A DNA stretch of 57,352 nt from Actinomycetota bacterium (GCA_025963875.1 JAOPZY010000259.1:1-57352), one strand, 5' to 3'. Positions 20,624-31,000 are shown, numbered from the stretch's first letter. Notes: a model not told the origin generated them from the letters alone. Numbers and translations: made by a program.

Positions 20624-21247
20624 CTAGCCCTCGGCGGAAGCTTCGCCTTCTCCGGCTGCCTCGCCGCCCTCACCCTCCGCGCCGCCCCGGGCTGCCTGCG
20701 GCTCCACGACCGAGAGGATGATCTCCTCGGGCTCCGAGACGATGTCGACACCCTGAGGGGGCGTGATGTCGGCCACCCGGAGATGGTCCCCGATGCCGAG
20801 ACTGCTGATGTCGGCCTCGATGCTCGACGGGATGTCGGTGGGCAGGGCTTCGACGCGCAGTTCCCACAGGTGGTGCTCGATGACGCCGCCCTCCCGGACG
20901 CCACGGCTCTCGCCGGTGATCTGGAGGGGGACCTCGGCGTGGGTCTTCACGTCACGGGCGGTGTTGACGAAGTCGACGTGCAGCAGGTTGCCCCGCACCG
21001 GGTGGCGCTGGACCTCCCGCACCATGGTCAGGTAGCGGCGGCCGCCCTCGACCTCGAGGTTGACGAGCACGTTGGCCCCGGCCTCCGTGTGCAGGGCGTG
21101 GCCGATCAGCTTGGAATCGACCGCCAAGGGCGTGGGGACGATGCCGCGGCCGTAGAGGATCGCCGGGACGCGACCCGCCATGCGGGCCTGCCGGGCCGGT
21201 CCCTTGCCGGTGGCTGAGCGCGGCTGAGCGCGCAGTGTGACTTCCAT
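20624..21247 (-). CDS. rplY: 50S ribosomal protein L25/Ctc
   Basis: GKGPARQAR, VPAILYG, HVDF; lies between prs and pth. Confidence 0.96.
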   Translation of the reverse strand: MEVTLRAQPRSATGKGPARQARMAGRVPAILYGRGIVPTPLAVDSKLIGHALHTEAGANVLVNLEVEGGRRYLTMVREVQRHPVRGNLLHVDFVNTARDVKTHAEVPLQITGESRGVREGGVIEHHLWELRVEALPTDIPSSIEADISSLGIGDHLRVADITPPQGVDIVSEPEEIILSVVEPQAARGGAEGEGGEAAGEGEASAEG

Positions 21248-21262
21248 GAGGGCCAGAGTATC

Positions 21263-22312
21263 TCAGATGCTGGGGGCCGGCGCCTCGTGGTCTTTCTTTT
21301 TTCTCTTCGGCCCCCGCTTGCGGATCTCCGGCGGGATCGCCTCCTGGTTCTCGCCCTGGAAGATCTCCGACACCGACTCGTCCTGGAAGACGGCCGCGAT
21401 GGTCGAGGCGACGATCGGGGCGATGGACACGACCTTGATCTTGTCCGGCAGCGGCGAGGGCAGGGGCATGGAGTTCGTGACGATGACCTCCGAGAGGGCG
21501 GAGTCGGCGATCCGCTGGATGGCGTCGCCGGAGAACACCGCGTGCGTGGCTGCCGCGAGGACCTCGCTGGCGCCCTGGCGGATGAGGTGCTTGACGGCCG
21601 AGATCAGCGTCCCGCCGGTGTCGATCATGTCGTCGACGACGAGGCAGCGCTTGCCGGCGACGTCGCCGACCACGTCGAGGACCTCCGCTGCGGCGGCCCC
21701 CTTCCCCTCCTGCATCCGCCGCTTGCGCATGAGGGCCAGGGGGGCGTCGAGGTGCAGCGAGTACTTCTCCGCCACCCGGACACGGCCGGCGTCGGGGGCG
21801 ACCACCACGATGTTGTCCCGGTGGTGCTCCTCCACGTACTCGGCCAGGATCGGCAGCGCGGTCAGGTGGTCGACGGGGATGTCGAAGAAGCCCTGGATCT
21901 GCCCGGAGTGCAGGTCCACCGACAGCACCCTGTCGGCCCCCGCCACCTGCAGCAGGTCGGCGATGAGCCGGGCCGAGATGGGCTCCCGGGCGAGGCTCTT
22001 GCGGTCCTGGCGCGCGTAGCCGAAGAACGGGATGACGGCATTGATGCGCTTGGCGCTCGCCCGCTTGAGGGCGTCGATCATGAGGAGCTGCTCCATGATC
22101 ATGTCGTTGACGGGGGCGCTGTGGGTCTGGATGACGAAGGCGTCGGTGCCCCGGGCCGACTCGTGGAACCGGACGTAGATCTCGCCCGAGGCGAAGCGGC
22201 TGATGGTGACCTCCCCCAGCGCCATGCCCAGGTGGTCGGCGATCTCCTGGGCCAGCGGCAGGTTGGAGGTCCCCGAATAGATGCTTGCCCGCTTCTTGAT
22301 GCCGATCTCCAT
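21263..22312 (-). CDS. prs: Ribose-phosphate pyrophosphokinase
   Basis: FASGE, YARQDRK, DLHSGQIQGFF, PDAG and DDMIDTGGT motifs. Confidence 0.97.
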   Translation of the reverse strand: MEIGIKKRASIYSGTSNLPLAQEIADHLGMALGEVTISRFASGEIYVRFHESARGTDAFVIQTHSAPVNDMIMEQLLMIDALKRASAKRINAVIPFFGYARQDRKSLAREPISARLIADLLQVAGADRVLSVDLHSGQIQGFFDIPVDHLTALPILAEYVEEHHRDNIVVVAPDAGRVRVAEKYSLHLDAPLALMRKRRMQEGKGAAAAEVLDVVGDVAGKRCLVVDDMIDTGGTLISAVKHLIRQGASEVLAAATHAVFSGDAIQRIADSALSEVIVTNSMPLPSPLPDKIKVVSIAPIVASTIAAVFQDESVSEIFQGENQEAIPPEIRKRGPKRKKKDHEAPAPSI

Positions 22313-22382
22313 ACCACCCCCTTGCATTCCGGCTGTGAAGAGCCTTCCCCCGGCTCCCTTCTTCTTGCGGTAGAGCGACGGC

Positions 22383-23786
22383 TCAGTGTCCCCCGGTCTC
22401 ACCCTTGTTGAGCTTGGCCTTGCGCTTGCGGATGGGCCGGGCCGGCGCCCCGACCACGACGGTGGAGGGCTCCACATCCTTCGTGACCACCGATCCGGCC
22501 CCCGTGATGGCGTTCTCGTGCACGACCACAGGGGCCACCAGCATCGTGTCGGACCCCAGGAGGACCCCGTTGCCGATGCGGGTCTTCGACTTGACGCCGG
22601 CCTCGCCATCGTAGTTGCACGTGATCGATCCGGCCCCGATGTTGACGCCGTCGCCGATCTCGGCGTCGCCCATGTAGGAGAGGTGCGGGACCTTCGACCC
22701 TTCCCCGACGGTGGTCGACTTCATCTCGACGAACGATCCAGCCTTCGACCTGGCCTTGAGCCGGGTCCCGGGCCGCAGCGAGGTGAAGGGGCCGACCTGC
22801 GCCCCGGAGCCGACCTCCACCGACTTGAGCACGGCGAAGCTCACGTCCGCGCCGTCGTCGATGGTCGAGTCGACGATGCGGGCCGAGGGCCCGATCACGC
22901 AGTCGCTGCCGATGCGGGTGGATCCCTCCAGGAACGTCAGGGGGCGGACGAGCGTGTCGGGGCCGACCTCGACCCCCATGTCGACGTAGGTCGCCGCGGG
23001 GTCCTCGATGGTGACGCCGGCGGCCATCAGCTCGTCCAGCTTCCGTGCCCTGAGGATCCGGGCCACTTCGGCGAGTTGCTTGCGGTCGTTGACCCCGAGC
23101 ACCTCTGAGGCGTTGCCGAGCAACGTCTCCACCCGGGCGCCGTCCGCCGCCAGCAGGGGCACGACGTCGGGCAGGTAGTACTCACCCTGGGCGTTGTCGG
23201 TCGTGACCTTGGCGAGGGCATCGAAGAGCGGCTCGCGCTCGAAGCACCAGACGACGGTGGCGACCTCCCGCACGGCAGCTTCGTCGGGCGTCGCATCGGC
23301 CTGCTCGACGATGCGGAGACCATCCTGGGAGCGGATGATCCTGCCGTAACCGGTGGGGTCGTCCATGAGGGCGGTAAGCAGCGTCACTGTCGCCCCCGAG
23401 TTCCGGTGCTTGTCCACCAGCGCTGCCAGGGTCCGGGACGTGATGAGCGGTGAGTCCCCCGACAGGATGACCACCTGGCCGTCGAAGCCGGCGAGCGCCT
23501 CCTCCGCCACGGCGACGGCGTCTCCCGTTCCCCGGGGGACCGGCTGCTCGGCGAAGACGGCGTCCGGGCGGCGTGCCCGTACCACCTCGCTGACCTGGTC
23601 CTTGCCGTGCCCCACCACGACGACGAGCCGGCCGAGGCCCTCGAGGCCTATCGCAGCTCGCAGCACGTGGCCGATGAGGGGCTCGCCGGCGGCGTGATGG
23701 AGGACTTTGGGCGTGGACGCGGACCGGAAGCGTTTGCCGAATCCCGCGGCAAGCACGACGACGGCGAGGCTATTTGGCGGCGGCAC
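22383..23786 (-). CDS. glmU: Bifunctional UDP-GlcNAc pyrophosphorylase / GlcN-1-P acetyltransferase
   Basis: LAAGFGKR, PKVLH, GYGRI, EYYL, HLSYMGDA and hexapeptide repeats. Confidence 0.97.
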   Translation of the reverse strand: MPPPNSLAVVVLAAGFGKRFRSASTPKVLHHAAGEPLIGHVLRAAIGLEGLGRLVVVVGHGKDQVSEVVRARRPDAVFAEQPVPRGTGDAVAVAEEALAGFDGQVVILSGDSPLITSRTLAALVDKHRNSGATVTLLTALMDDPTGYGRIIRSQDGLRIVEQADATPDEAAVREVATVVWCFEREPLFDALAKVTTDNAQGEYYLPDVVPLLAADGARVETLLGNASEVLGVNDRKQLAEVARILRARKLDELMAAGVTIEDPAATYVDMGVEVGPDTLVRPLTFLEGSTRIGSDCVIGPSARIVDSTIDDGADVSFAVLKSVEVGSGAQVGPFTSLRPGTRLKARSKAGSFVEMKSTTVGEGSKVPHLSYMGDAEIGDGVNIGAGSITCNYDGEAGVKSKTRIGNGVLLGSDTMLVAPVVVHENAITGAGSVVTKDVEPSTVVVGAPARPIRKRKAKLNKGETGGH

Positions 23787-23838
23787 CGCCCTAGCTTACG
23801 GGAATCTGGGCGGGGCCCAGACCTCCCAAGGATGGGTG

Positions 23839-23910
23839 CTCCGGGACCGCGGCTCGAACGCGGATTTCAGGATCCAAAGTCCTGAGTCCTACCTTTTGGA
23901 CGATCCCGGA
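23839..23910 (-). tRNA. tRNA-Gln (anticodon TTG), CCA not encoded
   Basis: 72-nt cloverleaf: TCCGGGA/TCCCGGA acceptor, GTCC/GGAC D arm, CAGGA-CTTTGGA-TCCTG anticodon arm, CCGCG-TTCGAGC-CGCGG T arm. Confidence 0.96.
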
Positions 23911-23928
23911 AAAGGTAACAATACTGAC

Positions 23929-24819
23929 CTACCTTGTGTCAAGCGCTCCAATAGTTACACGAGAGGGGGAGATTGGGTCCGGCAGAGTGGCGACGATGCC
24001 TTCGAACCATCCGGCGATCTGGCGACCGAGTTCCGTGCTTCTTTTGACCCGTACGACCAGGCACCCATTGTAAGTGCCGCCGACGTTCTTCCGCACCGTC
24101 GTAGGGTTGTGGCGCTTGAGGCTCGTCCGCATGAACTGGCTTGGCACAACGCCCACTACTTCCGCCCAGAACGCCACAGCAGCATCCACATCTGCCGACT
24201 CGTGGATCGACACTCTGAACGAGCACCGTTCGAGCCCGATACCCAGGAGTTGCAACCAGGCCAGGAACAGCCGAATCATTCCGGCGTCCGAGTTGACGAA
24301 CAACACACTCGGGCTCCTTGACCAAGGCTTGCCCTTGGTCCCCTCGGCCCAGTAAGCGACCACGCCGGCGACGAACAACTCTGATTCGGCGAGCTCCTGA
24401 ATTTGACCTGCGGCAGCCTTGCTGGTGTGCTCCTGACGGGCCTTCCGCCTGCCACGCAGGGCCTCGATTGTGCGCGCCCGGCCGGCGACCTTGCGCTGCT
24501 CGATCGCGATCCGGTGCTCCTCGGTCAGGGGTACGTCCTTCAGCCACTGGGACAGCGTGCTCGTGGGCACCCCTACGACCTGCTGGATCTCCGAGTACGA
24601 GTGCCCCTCTCGCCGCATCGCCTCCGCCACGGCACGGACGCCGTCCTTGGCGGTGGGCCGCTTCGTCCAGGCAGGTGCGGGGACGCCGCGCAGCCACTCG
24701 CTCAAGGTCTGTCCGCCGGTTTTCATCCCCAAGGCCTGGGCGATCTGGGACCTTGTGTGCCCCTCCAGTCGGAGCTGGATGGCCTGCGCTTTCCGGGGAT
24801 CCGTCTCCCTACGCTCCAT
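23929..24819 (-). CDS. Double-HTH protein with a C-terminal LAGLIDADG-like domain
   Basis: Two HTH units (RSQIAQALG..TLSEWL; SYSEIQQVVGVPTSTLSQWL) followed by LFVAGVVAYWAEG, FVNSD and GC motifs. Confidence 0.65.
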   Translation of the reverse strand: MERRETDPRKAQAIQLRLEGHTRSQIAQALGMKTGGQTLSEWLRGVPAPAWTKRPTAKDGVRAVAEAMRREGHSYSEIQQVVGVPTSTLSQWLKDVPLTEEHRIAIEQRKVAGRARTIEALRGRRKARQEHTSKAAAGQIQELAESELFVAGVVAYWAEGTKGKPWSRSPSVLFVNSDAGMIRLFLAWLQLLGIGLERCSFRVSIHESADVDAAVAFWAEVVGVVPSQFMRTSLKRHNPTTVRKNVGGTYNGCLVVRVKRSTELGRQIAGWFEGIVATLPDPISPSRVTIGALDTR

Positions 24820-24893
24820 GCCTTCGAGGATACGGAGGGGTACCGACAGAAAACGGCCCGTTTTGGGCGGCCAACGAAATTATCGGGTGATCC

Positions 24894-26135
24894 TCATCGC
24901 TCCCTCTGCGGGCGTGCCTGCAGTGGCGGCGTGAACGTGACGGGCAACGCCTCCAGACCTCGGAGGAAGACGTTGTCAGCCCACTGCACCGGGCCCGCCA
25001 GCTCGACGCCCTCAAGCCGCCGAATCAGCGACGAGATCGCGATCTCGGCCTCTAACAGGGCCAGCGGGGCACCGAGGCAGAAGTGGACGCCGCCACCGAA
25101 CGACAGAGGCCGGACGCCGGGGCGCGCAACGTCGAGCCTGTCCGGATCCTCGAAGCGAGCCGGGTCCCGGTTCGCCGCCCCCAGCAGCAGCAGCATCTTC
25201 TCCCCGGCGGCGATCTCGACGCCGCCGACCTCCACGGGTTCCCGTGCGACGCGCCGGTTTGCCTGGACGGGGGAGTCGTACCGGAGCAGCTCCAGGACGG
25301 CGTTGGGCAGGAGATCCCGCCGCGTTCGCAGCTTCTCGAGCTCCTCCGGGTGGCGGAGCAGGGCGAGGAACCCGTTGCCGATCAGGTTGCGGGTGGTTTC
25401 GAACCCGGCGAACAGGAGCAGGTTGGCAGTCGAGACCAGTTCCCGCTCTCTCAGCAGTTCACCAGACTGGGCGGCCTGGAGCGTGGAAAGGATGCCTGCT
25501 CCGTCCCCGCCGGCCTGACCCAGCTTCGTCCGCATGTAGGACGTGATCTCCCTGATGGCCAATTCCGTTTGGCCCAACGTCTCCGGCGTGAGGACGTCGT
25601 CGAAGGCGTGCCCGACGGCGCGTGCCCACCGCCCGGTCTGCTCATGGTCGTCGACGGAGAGCCCCATCAGCTCGCTGATCACCGCCACGGGCAGAGGCAG
25701 CGCCAGGTCGGCGATCACCTCCATGGCGCCACCGCCCAGCACCTTGTCGAGGAGGCCGTCGACGATCGTCTGCACCCGCGCCCGCAGCAACCGGATGCCC
25801 GGGGGGTGGAAGGCCTTGCCGACCAGGCCGCGCAGGCGTGCGTGGTCGGCCCCGTCCTGGTGCATCATCCACGTGCAGAGCTCGGCAGCGATCGGGCTCG
25901 ACCACCCGCCCCATGCGGCGACCATGCCGTCATCGGGCCGGAGCCCGCGGCTGCAACGGGCATCCCGTTGCACAAGGTCGATGTCCTCGTAGCGGGTCAG
26001 GACCCAGAAGCCCCGGGGGCTCCGATGCACCGGGTCGGTGGCCCGCAGCGATGCGTACAGCGGGTAGGGGTCGCTCCGGTAGCCCGGATCGGACGCGTCG
26101 TACAGCAACCGTTCAGCCGCCCGTGCGGAGGCCAT
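24894..26135 (-). CDS. Cytochrome P450
   Basis: I-helix AGFETT, ExxR (ELLR), AANRDP and heme motif FGGGVHFCLG; GAGGAGG RBS. Confidence 0.96.
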   Translation of the reverse strand: MASARAAERLLYDASDPGYRSDPYPLYASLRATDPVHRSPRGFWVLTRYEDIDLVQRDARCSRGLRPDDGMVAAWGGWSSPIAAELCTWMMHQDGADHARLRGLVGKAFHPPGIRLLRARVQTIVDGLLDKVLGGGAMEVIADLALPLPVAVISELMGLSVDDHEQTGRWARAVGHAFDDVLTPETLGQTELAIREITSYMRTKLGQAGGDGAGILSTLQAAQSGELLRERELVSTANLLLFAGFETTRNLIGNGFLALLRHPEELEKLRTRRDLLPNAVLELLRYDSPVQANRRVAREPVEVGGVEIAAGEKMLLLLGAANRDPARFEDPDRLDVARPGVRPLSFGGGVHFCLGAPLALLEAEIAISSLIRRLEGVELAGPVQWADNVFLRGLEALPVTFTPPLQARPQRER

Positions 26136-27237
26136 GTTCCCTCCTCGAACGCTGGGCGCCCTCAACCAACGGTCGTTGCCCGAGGATCAACCTTATGGCG
26201 ACACCTGCCGTGGGAGGGAGGACGCCGACGTTGTCGTAGCCGGCTGCCCGGAGCATGTCCGCCGCCTGGTCCGGAAGGAGGCGCCCGCTGCCGAACAGGT
26301 GCGCCATCAGCCGCAGGACCGCCGGCTGCAGGCCGTCGCCGTCGTCGGTCATCGATCCGGCCAGGGCCCATCCGTCGGGCCGGAGCGCGGTGTGCACCCG
26401 CTCGAGACCCCGCGCTGCGACGTCGGGCGGAAGGAACATCACCGGTACCCATGCGAGATCGAATTGCTGGTCGTCGCCGAGATCCTCCACCCGCTGCGGA
26501 CGGAGCTCGATGCGGCCTTCGAGTCCCGCCTCCGCTACGTTGCGTCGAGCGAGCTCCAGTGGGGTGGCGTAGGGGTCGATCCCGACGACCCTGAGGTCGG
26601 GGAAGTGGCGGCACATCTCGATGGCCAGCCTGCCCACACCCGTCCCCACATCGAGCAAGCGGGCACCGGGGCTCCGCAGGCGGGCCTCGAGCCCCTCCAG
26701 CATCGGGACGAGCCTGGTTACGAGCATCCCCACCGGCTCTGCGGAGCGCATCCCCTGGGCCTCCAGCAGTTCGGGGTCCGAATACTGCTCCCAGCCCCCC
26801 AGCGGCACACTGCCGTGGTGGGACTGCTCGACGAGGTGGGCGCTCTGCAGCATCGTGGACCGCAGGTCACCGATCAGGAACTCCTTGGCCCTCCCGCTCG
26901 CGAATCCCACGGCACCGGGTGAGCACACGTAGCCGTTGCCCGCCGTCTCTGCCAGTCCGAGCTCGACGGCGACGTCGAGCAGCGATTTCACGAGCGCCTC
27001 GTCGGCCCCGGTACGGTCGGCGATCTGGCCGGGTGTCTGGGGCATCGACAGCTCCTCGAGGATCCCGAGCTGGAGGGCGGAGCACAGCGCCGAGCATGCG
27101 TACACGGACGTCGTCAGGTCGAGGATCGCCTGCCGGGCCTGCTGGCGGGCGGCAGGGGAGCCCGGCGATCCCGCGGCGGGAGGCGATGTCCCCTGGAGGT
27201 TGGTCCGCTCCCCATCCGCCGTCTCCACGGGTGTCAT
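26113..27237 (-). CDS. Class I SAM-dependent methyltransferase with N-terminal dimerisation/wHTH domain
   Basis: ALQLGILEEL wHTH; LLDVGTGVG, VVGID, FDLAW motifs. Confidence 0.9.
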   Translation of the reverse strand: MTPVETADGERTNLQGTSPPAAGSPGSPAARQQARQAILDLTTSVYACSALCSALQLGILEELSMPQTPGQIADRTGADEALVKSLLDVAVELGLAETAGNGYVCSPGAVGFASGRAKEFLIGDLRSTMLQSAHLVEQSHHGSVPLGGWEQYSDPELLEAQGMRSAEPVGMLVTRLVPMLEGLEARLRSPGARLLDVGTGVGRLAIEMCRHFPDLRVVGIDPYATPLELARRNVAEAGLEGRIELRPQRVEDLGDDQQFDLAWVPVMFLPPDVAARGLERVHTALRPDGWALAGSMTDDGDGLQPAVLRLMAHLFGSGRLLPDQAADMLRAAGYDNVGVLPPTAGVAIRLILGQRPLVEGAQRSRREHGLRTGG

Positions 27238-27282
27238 CGTCGCACTCCCCTGGTCTCTGGGCTCGCCGGTATCGCGCCTGAC

Positions 27283-27711
27283 CTACGCCGCCGCCGGAAC
27301 CGCGACCGCCCCGATCTGCTGGAGCATCGAGAGCTGGTCCCAGTAGAAGTCGGCGGTCGCTACGAGCCCGTCCTTCCCGAACCGGAAGATGACGCAGACC
27401 GCCAGCGAGAGCGGGCGTCCACTGGCGGGTATCGGTCCCAACGGACCGTTGTGCGTGCCGGTGGCCAGTTCCTGAAGAACGACAGTGTCGCCGCCGTCAA
27501 TCGTGCTCTGGGGCTCCGCCGTGAGGTCGGGGAACGCTTCCCGGAGGGCGGACTTGAAGGTCTTGATGCCCTCCCTTCCGAGGAAGGTCATGCCGCGGGC
27601 CCGATCGACGGTCACCGCGTCCTGGCTGAACAGGGCCCCCATGGCGTCGAGGTCGCCGCGGTTGTGTGCTGCCCAGAACTCCCCCACCCTCTCCACGTTG
27701 CTTGTGCTCAT
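27283..27711 (-). CDS. SnoaL-like ester cyclase / NTF2 family protein
   Basis: AHNRGDLD, AFPDL, GTHNGP and YWDQLSMLQQIG motifs; GAGGAGG RBS before the ATG at 27711. Confidence 0.9.
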   Translation of the reverse strand: MSTSNVERVGEFWAAHNRGDLDAMGALFSQDAVTVDRARGMTFLGREGIKTFKSALREAFPDLTAEPQSTIDGGDTVVLQELATGTHNGPLGPIPASGRPLSLAVCVIFRFGKDGLVATADFYWDQLSMLQQIGAVAVPAAA

Positions 27712-27751
27712 CCCAGCCTCCTCGTCTCGTAGATGCAGCGTCTGCATCGCA

Positions 27752-27784
27752 CGGTATGGGTCAGAGGTTGCGATTTGATTGCGG
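27752..27784 (-). promoter_or_regulatory. Putative SARP-activated promoter: two CGCAA repeats 11 bp apart upstream of a TACCGT -10
   Basis: Minus strand CCGCAATcaaaTCGCAACctctgacccaTACCGT, in the gap between snoaL-like and the SARP gene. Confidence 0.45.
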
Positions 27785-27839
27785 CCCGGGCGGGGCCTCG
27801 TCAGGATGGTGGGGACGGCATGTCTGGGGGACTTGGCCG

Positions 27840-30800
27840 ATGGGCGTTGAGATCCGGTTGCTGGGCCGGTTTTCGGCACGCCGCGACGGCCGGGAGATCC
27901 CCCCGGGCGCCTTCGGTGGTCGTCTCGCCCGGACCCTGCTGCGGATCCTCATCAGCCGCCGGGGCGCCTTCGTCACCCGGGAGTACCTCACCGAGGCGCT
28001 CTGGCCGAAGGCGCAGCCGGCGGATCCGGTCATGAACGTGAACGTCCTCGTCCAGCGGGCACGGAGCGCGCTCGGCGACCAGGGTCTGATCGTGACCGGA
28101 CCAGGCGGCTACTCCTTCGCCGGAGCCGGCGGCTGCGTCATCGATGCCGAGGTGTTCCTCGCGGCGGTGGGCCGGGGACGGGCGCTGCACGCAGCCGGCG
28201 ACCACCCGGCGGCCTTGCAGGAGTTCCGCTTGGCGCTGGAGGTGTGGGCCGGCGAGCCACTGGCCGAGGACACGTACGAGGAATGGGCCCAGGAGTTCCG
28301 GACGATGCTGCTGCGGGCACGCCTGGACGCGCTCGAAGGGGCGGCAGCCCTCGCCCTGGCGACCGGCGACGCGGCGCAAGCCGTGGCCTGCTCCGAGCTT
28401 GCCGTCGTGCAGGAGCCGCTCCGGGAGGCCGCCCACCTCCTGCTCGCCACGACCCTCGCAGCTTCGGGGGATCCGGCGGCAGCCCTCGCCGCCCTCGACC
28501 GCCTGCGGCGGCGCCTCGCAGACGAACTGGGCCTCGACCCCTCAGAGGAGGCGGACCGGCTTCAGCTGCGGATCCTCCGTGGGGAGCCGGTGGTGACCAC
28601 CGCGCCGGCTCCTCCGGTCGCCGCACGGTCCACCTTCGGGCAGCTGCCCTTTCTGGGTCGCGAGCACGAGGTGGCGGAGATCCTCGCCAGGCTGGCCGAT
28701 CCGTTTCCGGGGCCGATCCTCGTCCTCGGCCCCCCGGGCGCCGGGAAGTCCCGGCTCATCGCCGAGGTCGGCGCCCGATCGCGGCGCCCCGTCGTTGCGG
28801 CCCGCGGCTTCCGCACCCAGCAGGAAGAGCCGTGGGGGCTGGCGAGGGACCTGATCACTGAGGTGCTCTCCCTCGATGCGAGCGTTGTCGAGGCCGTCTC
28901 CCCCCGGGCTGCCCAGGCCCTGGCCGACGTCGTGCCCCTTGTGGCGGATCTCCGCGAGGTGGGATCGGGCGCCGTCGATCCCGAGAGCCGCCGGTCACTC
29001 GCCCGTGAGGGGGCCATCCGGATCTTCGAGGCCATCGCCGCCAAGGCGCCCTTGGTGGTCGTGGACGATGTGCAATGGGCGGATGCCACCAGCCTGGCCC
29101 TGCTGGAGGTGGTAGCCCGGCGAGTACCGCGGATCGGTCTGGTGATCGCCTCCCGCTCGGGCGAGGCTTCCGTGGGCGGTAGTGCTGCCACGTTTCTCGG
29201 AGAGCTTGCGCGAGCCGGAGGCGACGTCCTGACCGTCACGGTCGGCCCCCTGCCTCGCCCGGCGGTTGTGGAACTCGTGGGGGAGGGCTATCTCGCCGAG
29301 GTGATCCTCCGGGAGACGGAGGGCACCCCACTGGCGATCGCTGAGGTCCTGCAGGCGCTCGTCCGCCGCGGCCTTGTCGAGGCCGATGGGCCGGCACGCT
29401 GGCGGGTCCGGCAGGCGGGGGCGGCGGAGGTCCGGAGCGCTGCGCACGCCGGGCAGCGGCGGGCTATCGAGGTGCGGGTCGGCCTGCAGACTGCCAGGGA
29501 GGGCCGCACGCTTTCCCTGCTCGCCCTTCTCGGACGTGAGGCTCCGGCCCGGCTGCTTGCGGCAGCTTCGGGCCGGGACGACGAGGGTGCCGTCCTCGAC
29601 GACCTGGACGCCCTGGCCGGGGCCGGGTTGGTGCGGCTGGGGGAGCGAGGCTGGGCGATGCACCACGACGTCATCGGTGAGGTCGTGATCGAGGGGCTGG
29701 AGTCCTCGCACCGGGGACGCCTGCACGGGATGCTCGCGAAGGCCCTGGATGCCGACGGAGCCGAGCCGGCCGAGGTCGCCGGCCACCTGGTTGGAGCCGG
29801 TGATCCCGACGCGGCCGCCGACGCGTTCGCCGACGCAGCCCGGCGGGGCCTCGAACGGTTTGCCAACGACGAGGCCGAGAAGCTCTCGACCGCCGGCCTG
29901 GAACTGGCGCCGCGCACCGAGCTGCGCCGGGCGCTCCTCGAGATCCGAGCCGAGGCCAGGGGGCGGCGGGGGGACACCGCGCCGGCCCGTGACGACCTGC
30001 GTTGCGCACTGGAGACGGGGGGCGCCGACCGGTCCCGCATCCTGACCTCGATGGCGATGCTGACGTCTGGCACCGAGGACTACGTCCTTGCGAGCGAACT
30101 GGTCGAGCTTGCGCTCGGAGAGGCTGGACGGGACCCGGCCGCTCGAGCCCGGGCCCTCACGGCCGGGGCAAGGCTCGACCTGAACCTGCAGCGCCCCAAG
30201 CGGGCGGCGGCGCGTGCCGGCGAAGCGCTGGCCCTGTTCGAGGAGGTGGGCGACCCCGACGGCGTGGCGGACATCCTCGAGATCCGGTGCATCATCGCCA
30301 TCCAGCTCGCCCAGTTCGGGGAGGCGCTGACGCTGCTGGGCCGGGCGACCCGGCTGTTCCAGGACGCCGGCCGGCTGATGCGGATCGGTAGGTGCCGCTC
30401 GAACTGGGCGTCGCGCTGGCAACGACGGGGCAGCCCGATGAAGGTCTGACGATGATCGAGGAGGCCCTCGAGCTGGAGCGATCCCTCGGTCACCCCGCGG
30501 GAGAGGCGTACAGCCTGTGGGCTCGCAGCGATGCCCTCCTGCGCCGGGGCCGGGTGCAGCAGGCCAGGGAGAGCGCGGAGGAGGCACTGGCAGTCGCCCG
30601 CCGGATCGGCCACCGGGAATGGTCGGCGCTGGCTCTGAAGGGACTGGGGGACGCGTACCTTGCCGCCGGGGACCTCGACGCGGCAGCGGCGACCTACGAG
30701 GAGTGCCTGGCTCTGGCGAGCTCCATGCCGATCCTCCAGAGCTGGGCACAGGCCGGTGTTGCCTCCGTGCACCTGGCGCGGGGAGACCTCGAAGCAGCCC

Positions 30801-31000
30801 GGACCGCTGCCGCGGCGGCACTGCGGGTCGGCACGCCGCTGACGCAGCTGCAGGCCCGACGGGTGTGGGCCGAGATCGCCGTCGCGGGCGGGGACTCCGA
30901 TGCAAGCTCGATCGTCGGCGCCGCCCTGCGCCACGCGGAGGGGGCCGGCGACGTGCTCATTGTCCAGCGCCTCACGGGGCTGCTGACCTTCGTGGCCTGA
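27840..31000 (+). pseudogene. AfsR/SARP-family regulator (wHTH-BTAD-AAA ATPase-TPR), frameshifted near 30390
   Basis: IRLLGRF, EALWP, EPLRE, LADELGLDPS, Walker A GPPGAGKS, VVDDVQWAD; the TPR region continues in another frame (30392-31000). Confidence 0.8.

Noticed and set aside
23957..23972. Possible tRNA 5' remnant (TCCCCCTCTCGTGTAA, minus strand) or att duplication beside tRNA-Gln
   Set aside because: Too short and too different from the tRNA 5' end; no matching repeat seen at the ispE side of the block.
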